A model generated the notes under the pieces. That model was given only the letters and a program-made list of their open reading frames with translations, did no database searches and was not told the DNA's origin. Both the position numbers and the translations under genes were made by a program. A stretch of DNA of 58,780 nucleotides from a virus (taxonomy: Duplodnaviria > Caudoviricetes), in the IMG/VR virus record IMGVR_UViG_3300008459_000049, positions 1 through 58,780 of that record. One strand, given 5' to 3'. Position 1 is the first letter of the stretch. The number at the start of each line of letters is the position of its first letter. Positions 21,929-30,508 of the stretch are shown here, in pieces.

Positions 21929-23164
21929 TTAAACATCCTCAATTGGAAAGTCAGGTTTTGTTGCTGCGTCTGGCTTATAGTTATAATGCCATGGTTCATT
22001 TACATTTGCTGATCTGCCGTTGTTTGCATCAAATCCAAATTTATATGAATTTTGGGATAGCCATTTATAACCTGGTGATTTCCACGCTATACCTAATTCA
22101 GCCGGTTTACCGCGCTTTTTATTATCGATATAATCGGCAATCTTAGGAAGTCTAGCATTATCACTTTGATCTGGTCCGCTTACGACATCAATCGCAGCAT
22201 CATTCTCATGCGGGCTTTTTCCAGGTAAAGCTGCTGCTGGTCCTTTCGGACTTTTTTTAACCCATGCAGAGGATTCTTGTCCTTTTGGAGAATTTTTTTC
22301 ATCTACTAATGATGGAGAAATTTTTGACGATGGATTAAAATAGTCATTATGAATAGATTTTTGTTTATATATATCTCTTGTCATTGAAGACCAAAATGGA
22401 ATATTTGCATTATGTATTTTTGCTGCCACTATGGCATCCTTAAGAGGAACAAACGCATCATATACTTTCTGGGAGGCCCACATATCATCACCTTTACCAT
22501 TTTGTCCCAATTTAATTATTTCAATATCTGGCTGTGGATCAAATTTAATATGTGGCGTAATCATTCTTTTTTGCATACCACTTATATCTTGTGTTGCGGG
22601 TTTTTTACCAGAAAAATTAGATGTATCAGGTAAACCACTTGTGCCGCCGGTTCCTCCTCCACCTGGATTACTACCATTTCCAGTAGGCGCTGCACCAACT
22701 TTATTTAAAACTTTACCGTCTTTATAGGTTACAAGATTACCAAATGTAACGTTTACAATATCGCCAACCGCTGCTTTTTCTTCAAAAAAGCCTTGTGGTT
22801 CATAGACAAAATCTGGATATGTGTCTATTATTTTTTGATCTTCTGCTGTTGCTTCATTTCCAATTTTATTTGGTATAGGTAAATATGGGAATACTTCTGG
22901 TATTCTTACCTTATATGTTACCTTTGTATTACCAAAAAATTGAGACAAGAAAGAACCAGATGGATTAGTTTCCTCTGTTATTCTTAACACTTGTCCTTTA
23001 AAAAACTTAATGCCTTCTAGGCAGTCATTTTTAAAAATATTGCTTGCTATTTGAGCTACAACGCCATTTAAAGTGGTTGTTTTTCTGTCTAAAGTTGGAC
23101 CTAATTTGTCCATAGTAACAGAATTGACTTGAGAAGTTTCAAATTGGTAAAGATTAATAGCCAT
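21929..23164 (-). CDS. Tail-associated lysin: gp5N/OB-like domain plus M15 (VanY-like) zinc peptidase
   Basis: 411 aa. N-terminal GQVLRI..KVRIPEV..VGDIVNVTF, then a Gly-rich linker, then R..KQ, PGKSPHE..AID, WL..NSYKFGF, EPWHY motifs of the M15B family. Confidence 0.75.
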   Translation of the reverse strand: MAINLYQFETSQVNSVTMDKLGPTLDRKTTTLNGVVAQIASNIFKNDCLEGIKFFKGQVLRITEETNPSGSFLSQFFGNTKVTYKVRIPEVFPYLPIPNKIGNEATAEDQKIIDTYPDFVYEPQGFFEEKAAVGDIVNVTFGNLVTYKDGKVLNKVGAAPTGNGSNPGGGGTGGTSGLPDTSNFSGKKPATQDISGMQKRMITPHIKFDPQPDIEIIKLGQNGKGDDMWASQKVYDAFVPLKDAIVAAKIHNANIPFWSSMTRDIYKQKSIHNDYFNPSSKISPSLVDEKNSPKGQESSAWVKKSPKGPAAALPGKSPHENDAAIDVVSGPDQSDNARLPKIADYIDNKKRGKPAELGIAWKSPGYKWLSQNSYKFGFDANNGRSANVNEPWHYNYKPDAATKPDFPIEDV

Positions 23165-23167
23165 TAA

Positions 23168-23467
23168 CTATTTTTCCTTGATCATGTCAAAAATATCATC
23201 CCTTTCTCTTGATGATAGGGTATCTTGGATGCCCTCTTTTTTCTGAATTATTCCGGCAATTTTAACTAATTGTTCGTTACTTCTTTGTAGCGTTTCAAGA
23301 TATTTAGTAGCTATTTCACCAAAATCTTTATGTTTATATTTATCATTTGAAACAGACATTTCATTGACAAGTTCTAGCAATAATTTATTTGCTACTGCTC
23401 TATCGTTCTCTATGTTTTTTGTTGCGTCTGATAAATACGCTTCTAGAGATTTAGATTCTTCGCTCAT
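23168..23467 (-). CDS. Hypothetical helical protein
   Basis: 99-aa ORF, ATGA-coupled to the upstream gene. Confidence 0.6.
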   Translation of the reverse strand: MSEESKSLEAYLSDATKNIENDRAVANKLLLELVNEMSVSNDKYKHKDFGEIATKYLETLQRSNEQLVKIAGIIQKKEGIQDTLSSRERDDIFDMIKEK

Positions 23468-24147
23468 ATGTTTCCACTATCCCATTCTTTTTTAAAAGCT
23501 TCGTATTTAATTCTAAATTTCTTTAGATTGCTAACGACTTGCTTTGTGTTAAGTCCAGTTATTTCTCTAATATATAAATAAATAGCTTTTTTATTAAAAA
23601 TTTCTATATTTGGACTGTCTTTAAAAAGTATGATTATGGATTTATAGATTTTTTCTTCATTTTCTTTCATCTTTTTTGAGTCCCAGACTGTCACTTCTCT
23701 CTCAAATGCAGCCCAAAACTCCTCTTTTTCTCTTGACGATATATATGTATCTTCATAAACTAAATTTTCTTCATCTTTTGAATTTAAGATATCTTCAAGA
23801 TAAACTTCTCTACGATTATTATTTTTCTTAACTTTATGTATAAACCAATTCTTTGTAATAACAGAAAAATAAGAAAAGGCTTTAGACCCTTTAGACGTAT
23901 CAAACTTGTCTAAAATTGTCGTAAGCCAGACCTTACATTCGTTTTTTAAATCTTCTATGTTTGGTAAACTATTAAACTTATATGTAAATACAATTTTATC
24001 AACCATTTCGTTAAAAACTGGTTGTATGTATTCTCTATATAAGAAATTTTTTCTATTATAATCTATAATAGAAGCATATTCTAATATTGCTTCTTCATGA
24101 ACCTTTGTAAAATATTGCTTATCCTTCTCTTTGGGAATCTGTGTCAT
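23464..24147 (-). CDS. Phage RNA polymerase sigma factor-like protein (probable late sigma)
   Basis: 227 aa. YFTK..EEAILEY and KFDTSKGSKAFSYFSVITKNWFI correspond to sigma region 2 (cf. KFDPxKGxxFSTY) as seen in large-phage sigma factors. Confidence 0.7.
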   Translation of the reverse strand: MTQIPKEKDKQYFTKVHEEAILEYASIIDYNRKNFLYREYIQPVFNEMVDKIVFTYKFNSLPNIEDLKNECKVWLTTILDKFDTSKGSKAFSYFSVITKNWFIHKVKKNNNRREVYLEDILNSKDEENLVYEDTYISSREKEEFWAAFEREVTVWDSKKMKENEEKIYKSIIILFKDSPNIEIFNKKAIYLYIREITGLNTKQVVSNLKKFRIKYEAFKKEWDSGNI

Positions 24148-24436
24148 ATTCTCTGCTCATTTGTTCCTCTTTAACCATAATTGTTTTCTTATAACCACGG
24201 CAAAGATCAATAACCATTTTTGTATTATTAACTGTCGCTATCATTGTTTCGTCGCCGTAATACATTTCCATTTCTAGCATACTTTGTAGGTTTTTACTAT
24301 ATTCCTCAAGTAGCTCTTGAAGTTGATCAACATTATTGACGCCATAATTTAATTTTTCAATAAGCTTGCGAACATACCAAAAAAGTATACAATTTATAGT
24401 TAAGGATAATATTAATAATAAAATTAAAAAAATCAT
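24119..24436 (-). CDS. Membrane-anchored coiled-coil hypothetical protein
   Basis: 105 aa. Hydrophobic N-terminal helix followed by a heptad-like region. Confidence 0.55.
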   Translation of the reverse strand: MIFLILLLILSLTINCILFWYVRKLIEKLNYGVNNVDQLQELLEEYSKNLQSMLEMEMYYGDETMIATVNNTKMVIDLCRGYKKTIMVKEEQMSREYDTDSQREG

Positions 24437-24687
24437 TTATATTCTCTATTGATTGATTGCTTTTGATCTAATAATAACTTTCTATTATCTTCTATTGCTT
24501 TACGAACTCTTTCTCCAGCAAGATCACGTTCATTTTTTTGTTTGCTATAAGCTGTCAATAGTTGCGGGACTCTTTTTAGAGAGTTTTCATTGTTACATTT
24601 ATCACAATTATGTAATTCTTCTGTTATACTATGAAAAGTATCGAATTCATTTTCACATACTTCGCATTTGTAGGTATAAGCAGGCAT
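24433..24687 (-). CDS. FmdB-family zinc-ribbon protein
   Basis: MPAYTYKCEVC...CDKC pattern. Confidence 0.75.
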   Translation of the reverse strand: MPAYTYKCEVCENEFDTFHSITEELHNCDKCNNENSLKRVPQLLTAYSKQKNERDLAGERVRKAIEDNRKLLLDQKQSINREYK

Positions 24688-24854
24688 TATTCATCCTTTA
24701 AAAAGATTTGTTGTGGTGGGTTTTCTACGTATAGTTGCCCATCTTCTACATAAAACTTCATATCTCTAAATGTTGGAACAATATCACTTTCTTCCATGAG
24801 ACTTTTTTGTAGTGCTACCATTACACAACTAATTGCTTGATCTGATAATGTCAT
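24687..24854 (-). CDS. Small hypothetical protein (55 aa, below ORF-track cutoff)
   Basis: MTLSDQAISCVMVALQKSLMEESDIVPTF...KDE*. GAGGA upstream. Fills the gap exactly, with a TAATG overlap onto the next gene. Confidence 0.65.
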   Translation of the reverse strand: MTLSDQAISCVMVALQKSLMEESDIVPTFRDMKFYVEDGQLYVENPPQQIFLKDE

Positions 24855-24855
24855 T

Positions 24856-25803
24856 TTATTTTCCTCTTATGTTCGGATATGTTTGCTTAAACCAATTACA
24901 AGTTATTTCTAATCCATCTTCTAAAGACGTATACCACTCTTCTTTCCATCCTAAGTCTAGAAATTTTTTATTAGAGGTTGGTTTACGTACTTGGCCTTTT
25001 GGTTTTGAGATGTCGTATTTAATTTCTCCATTATACTCTAATTTTTTACAAATTAAAGCTATAACATCTTTTAATTTATATTCTTTAGTGCATCCAATGT
25101 TAATTGCGTTACCTTTGTAGTTAATATCTAATAAAAATTTAATAGCTTTAGCAATATCTTCTGAAAAGGTAAATTCACGATAAACTTCTCCATCGCCCCA
25201 TACTTCAAATGATGATTTATTATTTATCTTAGCTTCCCAAACTTTACGAATTAATGATGGTATAACATGTCCATCATTAAGATCAAAATTATCATATGGC
25301 CCATACATATTATTTGGTATTACTGATATATATTCTGTATGAAATTGTTGATTTGCTGCTCTTAATTGGACATCAACCATTCGCTTTGCATAAGCATAAC
25401 CAAAATTAGAATCATGCGGAGGTCCATTGTGTAATTGGTCTTCCGTTAATGGATAAGTTACATACTTTTGATCTGGGTATATGCACGTTGATAAACAACA
25501 AACTAATTTTGGAACATTTGCACCAATGCAAGAAGAGATAACATTATTGTTTATTTCAGAATTTTCATGATAAAATTCTGCAACGTATTGCGTATTGGAA
25601 TTAACTCCTCCAACTTTTCCCGCAAGATGTATTACTGTATCAATTTTTGATACATTTTGTTTTTCTTCAAAAGAATTAAAATATTTAATTGTTTCTATCT
25701 TATTTTTTAAATTAACTTCTTTTTTTGTAGGGTATATAGAATTTGGTAATATTTTTTTAAAAGCATTACCTAAAAGACCAGAACCGCCAGTTATTAAAAT
25801 CAT
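24856..25803 (-). CDS. fcl: GDP-L-fucose synthase / GDP-colitose synthase (Fcl/ColC-like)
   Basis: GGSGLLG, HLAGKVGG, STCIYP, YAYAKR, HVIPSL and VWGDG..REF motifs. Confidence 0.88.
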   Translation of the reverse strand: MILITGGSGLLGNAFKKILPNSIYPTKKEVNLKNKIETIKYFNSFEEKQNVSKIDTVIHLAGKVGGVNSNTQYVAEFYHENSEINNNVISSCIGANVPKLVCCLSTCIYPDQKYVTYPLTEDQLHNGPPHDSNFGYAYAKRMVDVQLRAANQQFHTEYISVIPNNMYGPYDNFDLNDGHVIPSLIRKVWEAKINNKSSFEVWGDGEVYREFTFSEDIAKAIKFLLDINYKGNAINIGCTKEYKLKDVIALICKKLEYNGEIKYDISKPKGQVRKPTSNKKFLDLGWKEEWYTSLEDGLEITCNWFKQTYPNIRGK

Positions 25804-25815
25804 TTTATTTCCTTT

Positions 25816-26646
25816 TTAAAAATATACTACATGATTATCATAAAATTTATAATTTAAGTGATTACATAAAAATAAAGCAATTTGTGAAACGTTGCTATTA
25901 ACTAATAACAAGCGATTACATTTAGATAATATACATGTTTCCAAAATCATATTTTTTAAATGTAAATTTTTTTGTTCAATATTAAAATTAGCAGATAAGT
26001 AATGTATTCCTTCGCTATTATTTGGGAATGTTTCTTTCTTATCATAAAATAAAAATTTATTTTTATATTTTTTTATAAAATGATCATAAATTTCTGTTTC
26101 ATCACTTGTTAGAAATACATAATCATAATCATCTATTTCTTGATCTACTACGCTATAAATATATTCTAAATTTAATTTATAAGATTGATTTGCGCCATGG
26201 CCACTAGCACCTAATTGATCACGACCTCTTCTATGTATTCCTAAAATTTTTTTTCCCTCAAAGTTTTTTAAGAAAGTATTTAATTCTTTTTTTATATCCG
26301 ACTTAAGAGTAAAAAATTTATTATAAATGTATTGGTATTCTTTAATGTGCTGGTTGTCTCTTAGCTTTTCTAAAGCAATTTGCATATTAGGATACTCCCA
26401 GCACCCCAATTCAAAAGGATTTGTTTTTATTATATAATTTTTATCAATAGAATCAATATTATTAATAAATGGCTGTTCTAATACTAAATCCCATATATTT
26501 TGATCGTAATTACCATATAAAATATTTTTAATATCAATATAACATTGCATATTATTTTTAATACAATGTTTTATCATAGAGAAAGCAACAGTAACATTAG
26601 AGCCAAATCCAACATTTCTTTCTTCTAGAAGATGAATTACGTTCAT
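25816..26646 (-). CDS. Fucosyltransferase-like glycosyltransferase (NodZ/GT23/GT11-type fold)
   Basis: GFGS near the N-terminus. LGIHRRGRD, VFLTSD and LSKCNRLLLVNSNVS match GDP-fucose-binding motifs I-III. Confidence 0.7.
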   Translation of the reverse strand: MNVIHLLEERNVGFGSNVTVAFSMIKHCIKNNMQCYIDIKNILYGNYDQNIWDLVLEQPFINNIDSIDKNYIIKTNPFELGCWEYPNMQIALEKLRDNQHIKEYQYIYNKFFTLKSDIKKELNTFLKNFEGKKILGIHRRGRDQLGASGHGANQSYKLNLEYIYSVVDQEIDDYDYVFLTSDETEIYDHFIKKYKNKFLFYDKKETFPNNSEGIHYLSANFNIEQKNLHLKNMILETCILSKCNRLLLVNSNVSQIALFLCNHLNYKFYDNHVVYF

Positions 26647-27572
26647 ATTTTATACCTTTTATCTATTTGTTGTGATATTACGGAATAAACATGCTGATCT
26701 GAAATAAATGGACTTCCAGAAATTTCTGCTTTTATAAATAAATCACGATTTTTATCTACCCAAAAAGCATTTGTAATCGTATTATCAAAACATATAAATA
26801 TTTTTTTATCATTTAAATAATTTTCTTCAGTTTGACAATAACAATATACGCCAGAAGATCTACCAACTATTATATCACAATATGTACTTAAAAAAGAATT
26901 TTCATTCATATCATTTTCATTGATATTTATAATATCAGTAGTAAAAAATATATTTTTTTTATTTAAAGAAATTAAATAATCAGTTTTTTTTGTTACAAAA
27001 AAATTAATATTTTTATACTTTTGAGAAAGTAAATATATTATTGGATCAAAATTAAAATTTTGTACTTGTCCTGAATGAACATCTTGGTTTACAATTAAAA
27101 TATTATTTTTATGTATATTCATAATATTTCGAATACCATCAATATTTTCATAATATTTGTAGTTAATTTTTGGTAAATAAAAATTTTTTTCTTCATACAT
27201 ATGTTCTATTTCTAAAAACTTATAAATATCAGAAAATAAATTATAGTATGCATCAAAAGTGCAACCGCCGTAATTGGTCACATAATGCATGTTATTTTGT
27301 CCAATCCACGTATTAATATAAATATCGCCATCGTTCTTGAGTATTGCTTCATTTATTCCTATTCCATAAGGAAATAAAGTAGATTTTTTAAATGTAATAT
27401 TTGATAAATCTTTTAATAATTTGCTAGAATTATGGTGTTCATAATAATATTCTACATTTTTTATTTTATTTACAATATCACTTACAAAAGATCTACCTAA
27501 GTGTATATCACCATTATGAAATGAATTAAAAAATATTATTTTATTCATATTATTTATCTTTATGTCCTTCAT
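26643..27572 (-). CDS. Putative glycosyltransferase (GT-B-like)
   Basis: 309 aa. HNGDIH near the N-terminus and LSTYCDIIVGRSSG resembling the GT9/GT11-like C-terminal motif. Cluster context. Confidence 0.45.
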   Translation of the reverse strand: MKDIKINNMNKIIFFNSFHNGDIHLGRSFVSDIVNKIKNVEYYYEHHNSSKLLKDLSNITFKKSTLFPYGIGINEAILKNDGDIYINTWIGQNNMHYVTNYGGCTFDAYYNLFSDIYKFLEIEHMYEEKNFYLPKINYKYYENIDGIRNIMNIHKNNILIVNQDVHSGQVQNFNFDPIIYLLSQKYKNINFFVTKKTDYLISLNKKNIFFTTDIININENDMNENSFLSTYCDIIVGRSSGVYCYCQTEENYLNDKKIFICFDNTITNAFWVDKNRDLFIKAEISGSPFISDQHVYSVISQQIDKRYKI

Positions 27573-27897
27573 ATAGCTTAACTGATTCTTCTAATAGGCT
27601 TTTGTTGTTTTTTATAGCATCGTCTAACATAATATTAATCGCTTGAACAAATTTTGGTCTTTTTTGTTTAAAACAAATGTCTATTTTTCTTTTTATGTTA
27701 GCTATTTCAGAATCAAGTTTACTTAAAGCGCATTTATCTTCAAGCATCCACATTCTTATGTGTAAAATAACTAATTTTTCTATTACTTCGCCAATATTAT
27801 CAGTATATACTAAATCTTGTATTTCTGGTATGCTTTTATTTTGTAAAACATTATTTACTTGTTCTTTTATGCATTCTTCTATTTTTTGTCCTACCAT
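27550..27897 (-). CDS. DUF4254-like small helical protein
   Basis: DNIGEVIEKLVILHIRMWMLED pattern. This family is commonly found in glycan clusters. Confidence 0.5.
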   Translation of the reverse strand: MVGQKIEECIKEQVNNVLQNKSIPEIQDLVYTDNIGEVIEKLVILHIRMWMLEDKCALSKLDSEIANIKRKIDICFKQKRPKFVQAINIMLDDAIKNNKSLLEESVKLYEGHKDK

Positions 27898-27900
27898 TTT

Positions 27901-29055
27901 TTATTCCTCATATTTATTTAATATGTCAGTTACTGTTAATATATCTTCTTCTGACATGTGTGGATTATTTGGTAAATAAATTGCATTATTGTTTATAATA
28001 TCTGCATTTACTAAATTAGTAATTCCGTAATCTTTTATCCAAAAAGGCTGCTTACCCATTGAACCACATATTAATGGTCTTGTTTCTATTCCATTATTTA
28101 ATAAATCTTCAATAACTAAATTTATATTTTTTGAAATAAAAGGAAATGCAAAATTAGAAACAAATTCATGTTTATCATCTAAAATCCATTTCTTTTTACT
28201 ATATTTGTTATACAAATTAAAATTATTTCTTCTTGTAGAACAAATTTCATTAAGTTTAAATAATTGAATGTTTCCTAATTTTGCTTGCAAATCGGTAGCA
28301 CGAAAATTAAATCCTGGATAATAAAAAGTATATAAAGCTTTAAAATCCGAGACATTAAACTCTTTTCTTAAGTTTTCTTTTTTATTTTGTGATAAATCTC
28401 TATCCCATCCATGAGATCTTAGGGAAACAATTAGACTATTTAACTCTTCATCATTTGTACAAACCATTCCACCTTCTATAGTAGACATATGATGTCCAAA
28501 ATAAAAAGAAAAAGTACTTATATCGCCAAAATTACCGGTTTTTTTACCATTATATATAGTACCTATACTTTCACAGGAGTCCTCCAGAAGAAGACAGCTG
28601 TTTTCTTTACATATTTTGTGTATTTCTTCATAGTCATTACTAAAACCTAAAACATTTACTGTCACTATTAGTCCCGGGTCGTGTTGTGTAACTAATTCTT
28701 TTAGGTGTTTGATATCCAAACCAAGATTATTTAAATTACAATCACACATTATAGGCTCATAGCCTAATTGAATAGCAGGTGCTATAGTTGTCGCCCATGA
28801 AACAGCAGGTACTATAACTTTTTTATTTTTTAACTTACCAGAAACCATTAATGCATAATATGCTAATAAATTAGCAGAAGATCCAGAATTAACATAAGTA
28901 GAAAATTTTATATTATTCCATTCACTCCAAGATTTTTCAAATATTATAGTTTCTGGTCCTTTAGTGAGTTGTGGGTTATCTTTTAACCATTCTATTAATA
29001 AATTAATATCTGCTTTATCAATAGTATCTTTTACGAGTGGTATTTTATAAATCAT
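27901..29055 (-). CDS. colD: ColD-like GDP-4-keto-6-deoxymannose 3-dehydratase (DegT/DnrJ fold)
   Basis: NSGSSANL and LEDSCES motifs. In FSFYFGHHMSTIEGG, His replaces the Schiff-base Lys. Has RSHGWDR rather than the Cys-rich Fe-S motif of E1/AscC. Confidence 0.72.
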   Translation of the reverse strand: MIYKIPLVKDTIDKADINLLIEWLKDNPQLTKGPETIIFEKSWSEWNNIKFSTYVNSGSSANLLAYYALMVSGKLKNKKVIVPAVSWATTIAPAIQLGYEPIMCDCNLNNLGLDIKHLKELVTQHDPGLIVTVNVLGFSNDYEEIHKICKENSCLLLEDSCESIGTIYNGKKTGNFGDISTFSFYFGHHMSTIEGGMVCTNDEELNSLIVSLRSHGWDRDLSQNKKENLRKEFNVSDFKALYTFYYPGFNFRATDLQAKLGNIQLFKLNEICSTRRNNFNLYNKYSKKKWILDDKHEFVSNFAFPFISKNINLVIEDLLNNGIETRPLICGSMGKQPFWIKDYGITNLVNADIINNNAIYLPNNPHMSEEDILTVTDILNKYEE

Positions 29056-29803
29056 TTAAATAATCCTTAAGAAGAACATCGTAAGTATAGCATGTTTTAT
29101 TATCTAAGAAAAAAATATTTTTATTATATTCATATTCTTTAAATTCTACTAGCTCATTAAAATTTAAATTTTTTTGATTATAAATGTCAATAATAAAATT
29201 TTTAATATCTACCGTATATCCTGATCCTATTATACGACTTTCTGTTGTTTTTTTTAATTCATTTGCTACATAATTTGCATGCAATAATTCTCTTTTTATA
29301 TTTAAATTTCCTAATTTTATTTTTTCATTATTTTTTATAGAATAAAAAATTTTTCCAAAAAGAAAGTCTTTACTTCTATATGAAGAATTAAAATTAAAAG
29401 GATAAATTATTTTTACGTTTTCTTTTTTTTGCAGCTCTAGAGTAATTTTTTTTTTAGAATCTGTATAGTAATTTTCTTCATAATTCCACGGAGTATTAAT
29501 ATTTATAGAACCATTACACTTGTTCCATAATTCCGTTGTAGACAGATAAAGTATTTCATTAGCATTAATTTTATTAATTATATCTAATGTTAGATTATAA
29601 TTAATATCATAAAAATTTTCTTTATATAGTATATTATTTGCAAATATTGTTCTTTGTTCAGCAAATAGTATAAATACTTTATTCCATCTATAATTAAAAA
29701 TTTCACTAGAAATATTTCTAGCACTTATCCTAATATAATCTTTAGGCAGATAATAGCTTATTTGAGAAGTATCTCCAATTATTAAATTATTAATAATATT
29801 CAT
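29045..29803 (-). CDS. Divergent SDR epimerase/dehydratase-like protein
   Basis: LST..YYTDSKK (YxxxK), FNFNS, and FLFGKI..LGNLNIKRELLH resembling Gmd. The Gly-rich NAD motif is degenerate (IIGDTSQIS). Confidence 0.55.
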   Translation of the reverse strand: MNIINNLIIGDTSQISYYLPKDYIRISARNISSEIFNYRWNKVFILFAEQRTIFANNILYKENFYDINYNLTLDIINKINANEILYLSTTELWNKCNGSININTPWNYEENYYTDSKKKITLELQKKENVKIIYPFNFNSSYRSKDFLFGKIFYSIKNNEKIKLGNLNIKRELLHANYVANELKKTTESRIIGSGYTVDIKNFIIDIYNQKNLNFNELVEFKEYEYNKNIFFLDNKTCYTYDVLLKDYLNDL

Positions 29804-29824
29804 CTTTTAGCCAATCTATTATAT

Positions 29825-30505
29825 TTATTGTTTTGGATTAAAATTTATTTTTTTTCGTTCTTGAAATAATTTTTCATCATGTGATAATTTATCTGGTGTT
29901 TCATTTTCTGCGTAAAGTTTATCATATGTTATTGATCTATTGAATGATGGTAATTCATGTTTAATAATACAGTAATCAATATATTTTAATTTATTAATAG
30001 ACGAACAGTATTCAGTATGCTCATTATCGCACCACCATGATTTATATTTTGGATAATAAATATATCCAATTGAATCATAGTATTTTTTACCAATTATAGA
30101 TTGAGTATTTAAGTCTTTTCTATAGCCATCATAAAACCACAAACAACCGTCTAGATCTGGGAAATATTTTTCCATTTCTTCTTGAATTTTTAAATCGTAG
30201 TCTTTAACGATTGGTATCATATCGTCAGCTGCGGATATTAATACATCCCAATTAAAATTAATTTTATTAATATCTCTGTTAATGGCATCTATTTTTGTTG
30301 TTCTCTTAGAAAAATAGATTTTTAGATTATCTATTTCAGATAATTTCTTTATTGTTTCTTGATTATTCATAGAAATATCATCAAAATCACAAGATATTAA
30401 AAACAAATATTCATTGTTGCCAGATAATAAATTAATATATTTTTCTAAAGTAGAAAAAAATTGCTGTTGTCTACTTCTTGTAGGAAACTTTATTAAAAAT
30501 TTCAT
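29825..30505 (-). CDS. GT2-like glycosyltransferase
   Basis: IKFPTRSR, CDFDD, KIDAIN, SAADDM (DxD-like) and WWCDNE motifs. Confidence 0.7.
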   Translation of the reverse strand: MKFLIKFPTRSRQQQFFSTLEKYINLLSGNNEYLFLISCDFDDISMNNQETIKKLSEIDNLKIYFSKRTTKIDAINRDINKINFNWDVLISAADDMIPIVKDYDLKIQEEMEKYFPDLDGCLWFYDGYRKDLNTQSIIGKKYYDSIGYIYYPKYKSWWCDNEHTEYCSSINKLKYIDYCIIKHELPSFNRSITYDKLYAENETPDKLSHDEKLFQERKKINFNPKQ

Positions 30506-30508
30506 ATT

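Noticed and set aside
27901-29055. Annotation as perosamine synthase or an ordinary aminotransferase
   Set aside because: The active-site Lys is replaced by His, which fits a ColD-type dehydratase better.
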